64,000 bases of DNA from Octopus vulgaris (Eukaryota), in assembly GCA_951406725.2 (NCBI GenBank), contig OX597815.1, positions 181,846,001 through 181,910,000 on the forward strand, read 5' to 3'. The position numbers and the translations under genes were made by a program. Below, piece by piece: positions 25,026-37,959 of this stretch. The notes under the pieces were generated by a model that ran no database searches, was not told the DNA's origin, and saw nothing but the letters and a program-made list of their open reading frames with translations. Positions within the stretch are counted from its first letter, which is position 1. Each line of letters starts with the position of its first letter.

Positions 25026-25705
25026 GAAAAAATACAGCTTTGTAAACAGTTTTGCAAATGTGACATCGAGTAAGAAAAAAATATAGATGTAGATAATATC
25101 CTGATAATAGTAACAAGGACGATAGCATTGTGTCTCCTTGTTCAAGGAATTTATCCAAGAATGGATAATATATTTCATAGAAAAAGAGAGAGAGGGGGGG
25201 GATTGGTAGTAATTGTATGTTCTAAGAATGAATTAAATGCAGTCCTAGCAGACGTATGAGTTAGTGTTTGAGTAAGCAGCAGCAAGGTATGGCAGTGTTA
25301 GTCTAGTTTTCATGATTCAGGTGAAATGCAACAAATGAGTAAGAAGAAAAGGACAAAGATATACTCAATTCGATGGCCTTGTATCACAGTAGGTCAGTGT
25401 GGGTCAGTGCAATGCAAAAGTAACATTTGACTTCAACACTGACCTCTGGTTCATTGGTGACTAAAAGAACCATTATCAGAGAAATAATTGTATTCCATTT
25501 TCTAAGGTAGAAGAAAGGCTTACTTTTACACATTTTGACAAATAGCTATTTATAATATTTACAAGTGTTGCAAAATGACCACCCCAGAGTTGGACAGGGC
25601 AGAAATTCACTAGAGTGGCAGGGACTCATTAAAGTGGTCACAGTTGTAATTTAAACAAATAACATTTCAAAATTATATATGTAAAGATCAAAAAATTAAA
25701 CATAT

Positions 25706-25877
25706 AGGCGTAGGAGTGGCTGTGCGGTAAGTAGCTTGCTTACCAACCACATGATTCCGGGTTCATTCCCACTGCATGGCACCTTGGGCAAGTGTCTTCT
25801 ACTATAGCCTCGGGCCGACCAAAGCCTTGTGAGTGGATTTCGTAGACGGAAACTGGAAGAAGCCCGTCGTATGTATG

Positions 25878-25918
<41 letters not shown>

Positions 25919-26124
25919 ATGCTTGTGTGTCTGTGTTTGTCCCCCCAACATCGCTTGACACCCGATGCTGGTGTGTTTACATCCCCATAACTTAGCGGTT
26001 CGGCAAAAGAGACCGATAGAATAAGTACTTGGCTTACAAAGAATAAGTCCTGGGGTCGATTTGCTCAGCTAAAGGCGGTGCTCCGGCATGGCCACAGTCA
26101 AATGACTGAAACGAGTAAAAGAGT
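25706..26124 (+). mobile_element. SINE family A, full length
   Basis: Close to the window consensus. Confidence 0.9.
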
Positions 26125-26339
26125 ATACAGATAGAACAGAAGCAAAAATGATTACTGTTGTAAGCATAGATTTAGTGGAGAAAACAATACAAAGTGCAAC
26201 AACATTCTATTATTTACTGGTATTAAGGGCTAAAGAAATGAATTGATTTGAACAGAGCCGCAAGAGATGATGTAACAAAAACAGGTACTTCTTTACCTCA
26301 ATAAGTGATATAAGAAAGAGTGAAGAGCAAGGCAAATTA

Positions 26340-26841
26340 CTCCTTTTGAGCATGGTCATTGCCAGAACTGCCTGACTGACCCTTGTGCTGGTGGCATGTA
26401 AAAGCACCCACTACACTCTCAGAGTGGTTGGCATTAAGAAGGACATCTAGCTGAACCACCTGACTGGCCCTCGTGCCAGTGGCACGTAAAAGCACCCACT
26501 ACACTCTCAGAGTAGTTGGCATTAGGAAGGGCATCCAGCTGAACCACCTGACTGGCCCTCGTGCCGGTGGCACGTAAAAGCACCCACTACACTCTCAGAG
26601 TGGTTGGCATTAGGAAGGGCATCCAGCTGAACCACCTGACTGGTCCTCGTGCCGGTGGCACGTAAAAGCACCCACTATACTCTCAGAGTGGTTGGCGTTA
26701 GGAAGGGCACCCAGCTGTAGAAACTTTGCCAGATCAGGTTGGAAGTTGGTGCAGCCTTCTGACTCACCAGTCCTCAGTCAAACCATCCAACCCATGCCAG
26801 CATGGAAAGTGGACGTTAAATGACGATGATAATAATGATGA
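26340..26841 (+). mobile_element. RTE 3'-tail fragment with an 88-bp tandem array (about 4 units)
   Basis: gaaccacctgactgg recurs at 26453, 26541 and 26629. Confidence 0.85.
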
Positions 26842-27362
26842 TTTGGTTACAAAGCTATTCTGGTTTGCTAATTTCACTGGACCAGGGGTGCTCATTTTGA
26901 TTACTGCACTTTGAATTAAACCAATATTAAATTTATTTAAATAATTAAATGAAATACGGGTTCCTGTTCATTAGTGTAAGTTAGTGTGGATTGTATGAGT
27001 CTCTGGACCATCATAATCCAGAGAGTTGGTGTTGTGGATGTAGTTATCTGCTCGAATTTAGTTGTGGCTGCATTGTTCTGTTAATTTTCTGGGCATTTAT
27101 AGATAAAAAGGAAAAAAATTCTGACTCAATGGAAACAGACATGTAACAATGTGAACTGAAAAATTAAAGGATCATTGACATTATTTTGTAAATTTCTTCC
27201 CTGACAGGGGACTTGAATCTACGACTGTCAGATAGCTTCAACAAACAGATGCTTGAAAATCTGAGTCTCCACCGACCAAGATATGCTGGCAACAAAACAA
27301 TCATGCTTTGATCAATAGACTTTGTTGTGAATGTTATTATTAACGATTCATCTGTCTTTATG

Positions 27363-27697
27363 ATCATCATCATCATCATCATCGTTTAACGTTCGTTTTC
27401 CATGCTAGCATGGGTTGGATGGTTTGACCAGGGTCTGGTAAGCCATGGAGGCTGCACCAGGCTCCAGTCTGATCTGGCAGTGTTTCTACAGCTGGATGCC
27501 CTTTCTAACGCCAACCACTCTATGAGTGTAGTGGGTGCTTTTTATGTGCCAGGGGAGGCTGGCAAACAGCCACAATCGGTTGCTGCTTTTACATGTCACC
27601 ATCACAGATGCCAGTCAGGCGGTGCTGGCATCTGCCACGTTCAGATGGTGCTTTTTACATGTCACCGGCATGGGTATATTAACTACAATTTCCATTA
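27363..27697 (-). mobile_element. RTE 3'-tail fragment
   Basis: (CAT)n followed by the conserved tail. Confidence 0.8.
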
Positions 27698-28071
27698 AGT
27701 TCAAATTCTGCTGAGGTCGACTTTACCGTTCATCCTTTTGGGGTTGATGAAACAAGTACCAGTTGAGTACTGGGGCCGATGTAATCAACTTGCCCCTCAA
27801 TCAAAAGTGCTGGCTTTGCACCAAAACTTCAAACCAATATTACTATTAAACAATAAGTGGGGTGAACTGGCAGAATGGTTATTGTCCCAGAAAATTGCTA
27901 AGCAGCATTTCTTCCAACTTTATGTTCTGAGTTCAAATTCCACTGAGGTTGACTTTGCTTTTCATCCTTTCAGGGTCGATAAAATAAATATCAGTTAAAC
28001 GCTGGAGCCAATATGATTAACTGACCCTTTCTCTTGAAAATGCTGTCCTGTGCCAAAATTTGAAATCAATA

Positions 28072-28276
28072 TTTTTACTCTTTTACTCTTACTTGTTTCA
28101 GTCATTTCACTGTGGCCATGCTGGAGCACTGCCTTTTAGTTGAGCAACTCAACCTCAGGACTTTTCTTTGTAAGCTTGGTACTTATTCTATCGATCTCTT
28201 TTGCTGAACAGCTAAGTTACGGGGACGTAAACACATCAGCATCAGTTGTCAAATGATGTTGGGGTAACAAACACAG

Positions 28277-28309
<33 letters not shown>

Positions 28310-28486
28310 CATACATATATACGACAGACTTTTTTCTGTTTCCATCTACAAGATGCCCTCACAAGGCTTTTGGTCGGCCCGAGGCTATAGTAGAAGCCAC
28401 TTGCCCAAGGTGCCACACATTGGGACTGAACCCGGAACCCTGTGATTGGTAAGCAAGCTACTTACCATACAGCCACTCCTGTGCCT
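28072..28486 (-). mobile_element. SINE family A
   Basis: Full structure on the minus strand. Confidence 0.85.
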
Positions 28487-29093
28487 AAGAATGTTGAGAA
28501 ACATCACCCCTTGTACCAAGCCAGCTGTATTTTGTTAGATATTTTTGAAATATACAGTTGAAAAATACCAAATATACTCCCAAATTCAACAGCATTTGTT
28601 GTTAAGTTATGCCCTACGTAATAGAAAGTACTACATATGAACAGAGTTAAATTGTCTTTAAGTGTAAAATTGTAGTGTAGTGGACGGTGCGATGTCCATT
28701 ATGATGACATCTGTCAAATGATATAAATACTAATGGGCTTAAATCATGGGTGAATAGATTCTAGTGCTAGATCTTACATCTCTTGTATAGTTCTTCACAC
28801 AGTCTAGCATTTCTTTCAAGGCACAAGGTCACATGATAATTAGATAATGAAAAGGAGAAGACACAATCATTTAGATACTAATATTTGGGTGTCGTTCACA
28901 GTAGTAGCCATTTTAGCTTGTCAATTCTTGAGTTATGGCTTGATCTAAAGAAAACAAAAATTGTTGTTTTTCCATCAAAATATTAATTCCTTCAACAAGG
29001 TCGTGATTTTCAGTGATACTGGGAACAACAGTCTGAGTTCAAGTATACGTATAATTATTATTTTTTTTTTCTCTTTCCAATTTGACTACACAT

Positions 29094-29327
29094 ATACATT
29101 TTATTGTGTCCGGGGAGGGTCATTCCATTTTAATGTCTTATCAATTAACACACTCACTGGTTCAATTTCCACTCATTTATCTATTTTTTCTAAAATTTTT
29201 TTGATTCTTGCTACTTCTTCACCCTTAGTAAAAATAAATAAGTAAATGAGTGGAAATCAAATCAGTGAGTATGTTAATTAATAAGGTGTTAAAACAAAAT
29301 AATTATCCCCAGACACAATAAAATATG
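29094..29327. repeat. Palindromic (foldback/MITE-like) repeat with ~95-bp imperfect arms
   Basis: ttttattgtgtccgggga..tttccactcattta mirrored by taaatgagtggaaa..tccccagacacaataaaa. A related single arm lies at 16595-16690. Confidence 0.7.
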
Positions 29328-29424
29328 CTTCAACACACAAATTCACATCATCTTGCAAACCAAATACAATAACGAATTACACACACACACACACACATAC
29401 ATACATATGTACATACATATATTC

Positions 29425-29460
<36 letters not shown>

Positions 29461-29994
29461 ATATATATATATATATCACGTGATCACGTGACCAACCAGT
29501 CCATCAGATGTAGTTACACATCGCTGGTCACAATGCGTTCGCATTGTTTTAGCCTTCGAATGACGCCACCCCGCTGGCTAAGCAAGCAGGCCAATATATA
29601 TATATATATATATATATAAACATTGATTAGAGAACAGACATCAAATTCGATTCAACGACTTATATAACACCATGCTTCCAAACATTTGGTCTATAATCTC
29701 AAGGGCCCCTTATTTTAGAGTCAATAGAAGCAAGAATTCAACTGTTATTGAGAACTTGTATTATCAGGAACTTTTACCTGTAGCAAGTAGGTGTGTTTAT
29801 GTGATTAAATTTGCATTCTAATATTAGAATACTTATCATGTCTACAAGATATGGCATTTCAAGTTCCATTGGCAGCCTTTTAGGGGTTTTTTTACTTACC
29901 CAAAAGAGTTTTTCAAACCAGTAGTTACCATGTTTATATTTATAGTTTTATCATCTGCTTCAACAGCCACAATACCAAAAATAAATTTTCATAT

Positions 29995-30375
29995 ATACAT
30001 ATATATATAAAATCCGTTCCGTCTGTCTGTGTGTGTGTCTTCTAGGATCTCAGGCATCCTCCATCCTATTGCACTCAAGTTTGATATGTAGATACCAACA
30101 GTATCAGGCCGTGTATAAGTCTTGAAAAAATTACAAAAATCGATACCAGGTGAGAATGCGATCGATAAAGCCGAATAAAATCGTTTTTCTTTGGAATAGA
30201 AAAAAGTCTATCTTTATTTCTTCTTTTGCTGGTGTCTCAAACTTAGGTTAAATCTGTGTTTCTCAAAGGGGAGGCCTATGGGACGGTCGGACAAGTTGTT
30301 TTGAGAAAATTTGGTTTAAATGTTTGACAACTCAGCACCATCCATTGGATGGGGGGGGGGGGGCGGTTTGCTCGT
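29995..30375 (+). mobile_element. Probable non-autonomous Helitron in (TA)n
   Basis: 5' tatatataaaa..gtctgtctgtgtgtg..atcctattgcactcaagtttg; 3' GC-rich gcggtttgCTCG|t (degenerate CTAG); no TSD. Confidence 0.45.
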
Positions 30376-30534
30376 ATATATATATATATATTTATATATA
30401 TATGAAAGAGGGAGTACTAAAACAATAGACAACTGATGAGGAGTTATCTTCTTTAGGTATTTTGTCCTGTACTTGTCTCTTGTGTGTTTACATATTTTTT
30501 ACTTGTTGGTGATGTCCTATACTTAGTATGTATG

Positions 30535-30568
<34 letters not shown>

Positions 30569-31302
30569 GAGAGAGAGGTTTTAGCTTTAATCATGGAAAT
30601 AATAAATTTTATATCAAGATATCATAAGCTATTTCATTGCAAGAAATGGTTTACATTTTTCCTCAAAATTCTTATAATCTCCACAATGGCAATCATATGA
30701 AATGAGCAAACTTGAAATCTTTGTCTGATCTTCAAATTGTTTGAAAACTACATCACTAAATTAATTTAACTTTTATTTTAATTTTAATGTATATCAATAC
30801 ATTTATCACAGATAGAATGTGAGAGAAAATAGAAAGGAAGGACATGGGCTTGCATTGATTGAAGTGATAAAAAGAAATGAATCAAAAGTATTTAGATTAA
30901 TGGAAGCTCGTTAATTGTTGATATGTTTGTTGAGATGCCTAATTAAATAATTAGATGTAGTTTTTAGTCCATATAAATGAAAAACCTAGATTTTACTATA
31001 AAGGACTGTTTTATACTTTATCAACTCTGAACATTGTTATTGAAGTTTAAATATTTCAGTGTCTCGTTGTTGGTTAAAGAAGAACCTGAACACCTTCTTT
31101 TCTATGCATTTAATATTTGGAAAAAAGAAAACGATTTTCATGATTGGTCATTTAAAAGATATCAACCTCTCCTCAGAGAACATGTACACCTAGTTTCCTT
31201 TCCTATTCAGTAACATAGATTATTCAGGTGCTATATAAACCTATTAAAAATTAGGCTAGCTTAATTTGCATATATGTCATATTCATGATTCATAACCACA
31301 GT

Positions 31303-31451
31303 CACGGAGTGGTTGGCATTAGGAAGGGCATCCAGCTGTAGAACACTGCCAGATCTGACTGGCCTGGTGCAGCCTTCGGGCTTCCCAGACCCCAGTTGAA
31401 CCGTCCAACCCATGCTAGCATGGAAAGCAGACGTTAAATGATGATGATGAT
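31303..31451 (+). mobile_element. Short RTE 3' tail
   Basis: ggagtggttggcattaggaagggcatcc..(GAT)n. Confidence 0.8.
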
Positions 31452-31895
31452 ATATATATATAATTTGAAAACTCCACTAGGGTGGACGAAAGCGCTAATA
31501 TATGATATATGATTTATAAAAACATGTAACATACAAATAAATATCTGTAAATATAAAACCCATCCAGATTTCTGAGTACTTCATTTCTTGTAATATATAT
31601 ATTTGGTGGAATTATATATATATATATATATATATATATGAGCAAGTTAGAGGTTATGTAACCATCTAAGGGATAGATGTATCCATAGGCACTCCTGGTA
31701 TATTACCTCACTATGTATAGTCCACATTATAAGGTATATGGTTGCAGGTAATTTAAAGATAAAACTGTGGTTTAATATATAGAGAGAAGATAAGAAATGG
31801 ACCAATAATTAACAATGAGAAGTTCCTAAGGTATTTTTCAATGCCATTAATATTATTATTTATTATTATTATTATTATTATTACTATTATTATTA

Positions 31896-31940
<45 letters not shown>

Positions 31941-32065
31941 TATTATTATTATTTTTATCATTATTATGCCCACGGGCATATGGCATAGTGATTAAGAGCC
32001 CAGGCTACTAACCCCAAGATTCTGAGTTCAATTCCAGGCAGGGACCTGAACAATAATAATAATAA

Positions 32066-33948
32066 TCATCATCATCATCATCATCATCGTTTAGCGTCCG
32101 TTTTCCATGGGTTGGACGGTTCTACTGGGGTCTGTGAAGCCAGAAGGCTTCATCAGGCCCAGTCAAATCTGGCAGTGTTTCTACGGCTGGATGCCCTTCC
32201 TAACGCCAACCACTCCGTGAGTGTAGTGGGTGCTTTTTACGTGCCACCCGCACAGGTGCCAGACAGAGCTGGCAAACGGCCACGAACGGATGGTGCTTTT
32301 TATGTGCCACCGGCACAAGGGCCAGGCGAGGCTGGCAACGGACACGAAATGGGGCGGTGCTGGCAACGGTCGCGAAACGGAAGGTTCTCTTACATGCCAC
32401 CGGCACTGGTAACACATCTTCAATTTCCATTGATCGATTTCCATTCTGATCCTCACTTGCCTCAACGGGTCTTCACAAGTAGAGTTTCGACATGCCACCG
32501 GCACTGGTAACACATCTGCAATTTCCATTGATCGATTTCGATTCTGATCCTCACTTGCCTCAACAGGTCTTCACAAGTAGAGTTGATCCTCACTTGCCTC
32601 AACAGGTCTTCACAAGTAGAGTTTTGTGTCCCAAGAAGGGAAGGTATGCATACGTAGGCTGGCTCCATCCCAAGTAGAAGGCCACGGGTTATGGACTCAC
32701 TTGTCCTGCCGGGTCTTCTCGCGCACAGCACACTTCCAGAGGACTCGGTCTCTAGTCATTTCCTCAGTGAGACCTAAAGTTCGAAGGTCGTGCTTCACCA
32801 CCTCGTCCCAGGTTTTCCTGGGTCTGCCTCTTCCACAGGTTCCCTCAACCGCTAGGGTGTGGCACTTTTTCACACAACTATCTTCATCCATTCTCGCCAC
32901 ATGACCATACCAGCGCAATCGTCTCTCTTGCACACCACAACTGATGCTTCTGTCGATTATGAACACTGACATTACACATCCATCGGAGCATACTGGCTTC
33001 ATTTCTAGCGAGCTTACGCATATCCTCAGCAGTCACGGCCCATGTTTCACTGCCATGTAGCATGGCTGTTCGTACACACGCATCATACAGTCTGCCTTTC
33101 ACTCTGTGCGAGAGGCCTTTTGTCACCAGCAGGGGTAAGAGCTCTCTGAACTTTGCCCAAGCTATTCTTACTCTAGCAGTTACACTTTCAGCACACCCGC
33201 CCCCGCTGCTGACTTGGTCACCTAGGTAACGGAAACTATCAACTATTTCTAGTTTTTCTCCCTGGAAAGTGACGGAAGTTGGTCTCAGAGCATTTTCAGT
33301 GTTTATTGTTCCTGAGCATCTGCCACATACAAAAACCATCTTCCTAGTTAGCCTTCCTTTGACATTGCTGCACCTCTTTTGTGTCCATAGCTTACACTTG
33401 GTGCATCTTATAGAGTTTCTACCTACACCTTTTCTACAGATCGAGCAGGGCCATCTACCTGAAGGCGTTTGTGATTTGTCTACCTTCCTACTGATTACGA
33501 CTTTGGTTTTGGCTAGATTGACTCTGAGGCCCTTCGATTCTAATCCTTGTTTCCACACCTGAAACTTCTCCTCCAGTTCTGATAGCGACTCAGCAATTAG
33601 AACAAGGTCATCAGCATAGAGGAGCTCCCAAGGGCATCCTGACTTGAATTCCTTCGTTATTGCCTGGAGGACTATGATAAATAGGAGGGGGCTGAGTACT
33701 GAGCCTTGGTGGACCCCTACCTCTACCCGGAATTCTTCACTGTACTCGTTTCCAACCCTCACCCTACTAGCAGCGTCCCTATACATGGCCCGCACAGCTC
33801 TCACTAACCATTCATCTATCCCTACTTTCCTCATTGCCCACCAGATAAGAGATCGGGGGACCCTGTCGAAGGCTTTCTCCATGTCAACAAAAGCCAGGTA
33901 CAGGGGCTTATCTTTGGCTAGGTATTTCTCCTGCAGCTGCCTTACCAG
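32066..33948 (-). mobile_element. 5'-truncated RTE-clade LINE
   Basis: RT ORF followed by a ~630-bp 3' UTR with internal duplications and a (GAT)n tail. No APE domain is present. Confidence 0.92.
32697..33948 (-). pseudogene. RTE reverse transcriptase (truncated, frameshift near 32955)
   Basis: AFVDMEKAFDRVPR, GVHQGSVLSPLLF, LLYADDLV, FRYLG, MLHGSETW, then RRLRWYGHVARM..GRGRPRKTW in a second frame. Confidence 0.92.
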
Positions 33949-33985
33949 GAATAGGAATAAGAACCCAGGTTCAAAATTTCCCCAA

Positions 33986-34031
33986 GACACCTGATGAAGG
34001 CTGGAAGGTATATCAGCTGAAACATTGTGTT
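33986..34031 (+). ncRNA. Minimal type I hammerhead ribozyme motif (best-preserved copy)
   Basis: GACAC CTGATGA A GGCTG gaaggtatat CAGCT GAAAC ATT GTGTT. Stem I is GACAC/GTGTT and stem II is GGCTG/CAGCT. Confidence 0.65.
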
Positions 34032-35296
34032 AACAACAAACAAGATGAGGACAGATATCTGTCAAATATATAATGTAAATAATGTACATAATTCCTCATC
34101 TCTTAAATATAGAACTGCATGTAAATGATGTTATTCACTATGGTCCTTGCCTAATCTATTACTACTTTATGACTGGTGAATAGTTTATGCTATTTGTTAA
34201 AGAAGGTTCATTTCTGAGGAACCGTAAGAAGAATTAAAAGGCTCCATCAAGAACCCTTCTGTTTCTTCTGAATATGAAAACATAGAGAAGAATGGGTTCA
34301 CATTATTCTTTAACCCATAGGTAGGCTTTGTGATATTCAAAATTCCTTCAGTTCTTCTGATTCCTGCCGTGTAATGCATAAAATATATATATATATATAT
34401 ATATACTGTTATTTCAAATTTCTAAGTTATTTCAAATTTCTAAGTTAATTTTAAACATGATAATCAGGGTGAGATATTTGCAAAACATTATATGGATGTT
34501 ATCAGAAGCAAATAAAAAAAAAATAACCTTAAATTTATTTAAAAAGAAAAAGAATCTGAAATCTTTTGTGTGAGTGGCTGGTTTTGGAATACAATAGATA
34601 TAATTATAGGATGAATATCAATCGTTGTCCTTATTCTAGCTGCCTTAAATGGAATCTGGAGATAATCGTGATGGTTGGACATTATTGTTCAAACATAAGT
34701 GGCTGATTAAAACAGGAAATACTGTTTCACTGTGGATTAATTAGTCCATTAGCATATTCAACATGTTCTTTCCTTCAACAAAAGCCTCTCTGATTTATTA
34801 TTATCATTATTATTGTCGTTGTTGTTTTTGTTTTTGCTTTTGTTTTTGTTGTTGTTGCTGTTGTTTTTGTTGTTATTGTCGGTGGTGGCAGTGGTGAGGT
34901 TCCTGTTGTTCTCTGTGAATGCTCACATTTCCAACTAGAAGATATCTTCTTCAAGAATTATAAGAAAAAATTTTCTTTGTTCCATTATCGGTGAAAATGC
35001 TTTTGAATATTTGAACAACCATCTCAAAGAGTTGAGTAAGGAAAACATTGGTTTTTAGATATTTTAAAAATTGTTCACATATTTTTACAAACAGTGCTGT
35101 GCAATAGTTAGATGTGTTGCAAGATGGCCACCTCATAGGTGGAAGCATAACGATAATTAAAAATAGTACCAAATTATTCTTTTCTACTCTAGGCACAAAG
35201 CCTGAAATTTTTTGTGAGGGAACCACTCAATTAGATTAAACCCAGTACGAAAGGATGAAGGGCAAAGTCGACCTTGGCAGAAACTGAACTCAATAC

Positions 35297-35392
35297 GCAG
35301 TGAACAGCTGACACTATAGTACATCTCCAGCGTTAGAAGCTGAGTAAAGGCAATGATAATAATAATAATAATAATAATAATGATGATAATAA
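35297..35392 (+). mobile_element. 3' end of an R4/Dong-like element followed by (AAT)n
   Basis: Reverse complement of 36601-36645 and 54788-54840. Confidence 0.6.
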
Positions 35393-35590
35393 TTGCTAGC
35401 CCAAAGTGAGTGATGTCAAATTCAAGTGATAATCATAACTGCATAGATGGGAAGTGCAGTTGCTTAGGAATTGATCCAGCATGTCTGTTTGATTCCTGGA
35501 ATGTAAAGAAAGAAGATGAAAACTTAAAAAAGAAAAAAAAAATCAAAGTATACAACTGAATATACAAAAGGGACAATAAATGAATAGTAT

Positions 35591-35998
35591 AGGCGCAGGA
35601 GTGGCTGTGTGGTAAGTAGCTTGGTTACCAACCACATGGATCTGGGTTCAGTCCCACTGCATAGCAACTTGGGCAAGTGTCTTCTACTATAGCCTTGAGC
35701 TGACCAAAGCCTTGTGAGTGGATTTGGTAGATGGAAACTGAAAGAAGCTCATCGTATATATGTATATATATATATATGTGTGTGTGTGTGGGTGTTTGTG
35801 TGTCTGTGTTTGTCCCCCCAACATTGCTTGACAACCGATACTAGTGTGTTTGCATCCTCATAACTTAGTGGTTCGGTAAAAGAGAACAATAGAATAAGTA
35901 CTAGGCTTACAAAGAATAAGCCCTGGGGTCGATTTGCTCGACTAAAGGCGGTGCTCCAGCATGGCCACAGTCAAATGACTGAAAGAAGTAAAAGAGTA
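35591..35998 (+). mobile_element. SINE family A
   Basis: Full structure. Confidence 0.88.
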
Positions 35999-36159
35999 AT
36001 ACCTAAAAACTTGAAACTGTGATAAATGGGATACTCCCTACCGGTATATAAGTCCTGTTCCCCAACATTTCAGGCCTCGTGCTTTAGTAGAAAGGATTCT
36101 TCTTCTTCTTCTTCTTCTACTTCTCCTCCTCCTTGTCATCATCATCATCATTATTATAT

Positions 36160-36560
36160 TTTTCTCTTTATCACAGGTTTTGTTGGGTCTCCTGGAGCCT
36201 TGCATGCATAGCAGGCTTACTACCTGCAGCCTACGGTACCATGCTATTCGTTCTTTCCATCTATCTAATACTTTCTTGATCATTCTGGTCATGCCAAGGA
36301 AGCAAACCTTTTGTAACAATTCTACTGGACACTATATTCCAGTTTCCTTTATGTTCTAACCATTGCTCACTCATTTTGAAGAGTTGTATTTCATTCCATT
36401 CTGCTTTCGTTCCTTGTGAGAATCCCTTTCTACTGGGTTCACTCCAGATCCAGCTTTCAATTACCCTTTGGTTTGCCTCCTTATCCCACCTTCTGCTCTG
36501 CCCCTGACTTTGTGTACAGGCAGTCTCTAGATGACGACCAGGCCTGCACTGCTCAACTAC
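36160..36560 (-). mobile_element. R4/Dong-like non-LTR element 3' fragment, family 2
   Basis: C-terminal ELLQKVCFLGMTRMIKKVLD resembles the QK..LLGTARI.RKVL end of RLE-type elements. Bounded by ATT/ATC repeats. Confidence 0.5.
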
Positions 36561-36600
36561 TATCATTATTATTATTATTATTATCATTATTATTATTATT

Positions 36601-37033
36601 GCCGTTGCATAGCTTCTAATGCTGGAGATGTCAGCTGTTCACTACCAGTGAACTAAGGTAACACCCCTTATTTTTCAAGCACCTTCCAGAGTATTTGAGC
36701 GGTTCCAAGCAGTGCTGTTTTCTGCAAGTGCTCCACCCTTATTGCAGCCCCTATTTGTTCCACATACTTCTCAAGATTTTTACTCTCTGTTCCCAGGACT
36801 CTGAGAATTATTGGTACTACTACCAACTTTTCGTCAACCACAACTGCTTTACCTCCCAAGCTAACCTCTCACATCTCTAACTTTTCTTTCTTCCTTATCG
36901 CATATCTTGTTGTCAGCTGCATATGCTATATCTTTGATCCACATAGTTTGCTTTCTTTCTCAATTAAGACTATGTCTGGCTACCTATTCTCTATCTCATG
37001 GTCTCACTGAATTGTAAAATCCCACAGGATCTT
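36601..37033 (-). mobile_element. R4/Dong-like non-LTR element 3' fragment (restriction-like endonuclease)
   Basis: KILWDFTIQ*DHEIENR*PDIVLIEKE..KDIA..; VVVPIILRVLGT..LQKTALLGTAQILWKVLEK*. (TTA)n on both sides. Confidence 0.8.
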
Positions 37034-37042
37034 TTATTATTA

Positions 37043-37101
<59 letters not shown>

Positions 37102-37959
37102 TTATGTGGCAACACCAATGTTATCTTGAATAAAGGTATCTGAATATTATTTATTCAGAGAATAACAGCTGTGCATATGTCTTCAACTTTAGAACAGCTT
37201 ATGTAAGCATTTCAAACAAAATTGTGAATTTCTTGTATAATTTATTTTCTCTGTCTTCCATCGGTCAAGTTTCTCACCATTAACCTATGAATCGATCTAT
37301 ATTTACATCTCCTAAGTAACATGCTTACTTTGAATTACCAAGTTTGGAATCTGTCGCAACAAATTCTCTCTTGGAAAAAGAAAGAATAATAATGGTAATT
37401 TCCTTGTTCTGATAAAAGAGTAAAAAAAAATAATTAACATTGGTTTTTAATTGTACTTGCAATTAATTCTAACAACTTTACTGGCATTATATCTTCATCT
37501 TCATTTACACACAGCTGCGTGTACAAATATATTATCTTCGTTATATCAACTTCAATGGTTTAAAACAGGAACCAATAAACAAATTTCACTTGTTCTATTC
37601 TTTTATTTACCAAAAGTATGTCTGTTTGACTTTCATAAGTCACATCAAATGAAGAAACAAAAGGAAAGATTATATTACTAGTTTGTGGTTTAGATTCAAC
37701 ATCTGAGATAAAAATGGTTTCTAAATAGGAACTGCAATAAATTTAAATCAATTAATATTATTTTCTCATTTATCATTCTAATTTGTTTGATTCTCTACAT
37801 CAGCTTTGTTCTGCTTTTTCTCTGACAAAATGATTATCTATTATAGCAATTAACAATCTTATGTTGTCAAATCTGCCAATATATAAAAATGGGGGTGATA
37901 CATTAGATAAGATATTAGACATTTTACTCCCGGATCCATTACAGGTATTCTAATAATAT

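Larger units (their letters stand above)
31825..34117. mobile_element. tRNA-head/hammerhead element, copy 3, split by an RTE LINE (parts 31825-32065 and 33950-34117)
   Basis: Short left arm ttcctaaggtatttttcaatg, (TTA)n, tatgccc-ac-gggcata, tRNA head and (AAT)n. The right arm resumes at taggaataagaacccagg and ends ..aatatagaactg. Confidence 0.8.

Noticed and set aside
26369-26716. Regularly spaced repeats resembling a CRISPR array (also 4500-4780 and 9452-10681)
   Set aside because: Units are contiguous tandem copies or MITEs without unique equal-length spacers, there are no cas genes, and the context is eukaryotic.
27208-27311. Possible terminal exon DLNLRLSDSFNKQMLENLSLHRPRYAGNKTIML*
   Set aside because: Short, unrecognised peptide with no linked upstream exons.
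32884-33990. 368-aa ORF as a host gene
   Set aside because: It is LINE RT. Its first ~14 codons come from the neighbouring hammerhead element and it is frameshifted at the 3' end.
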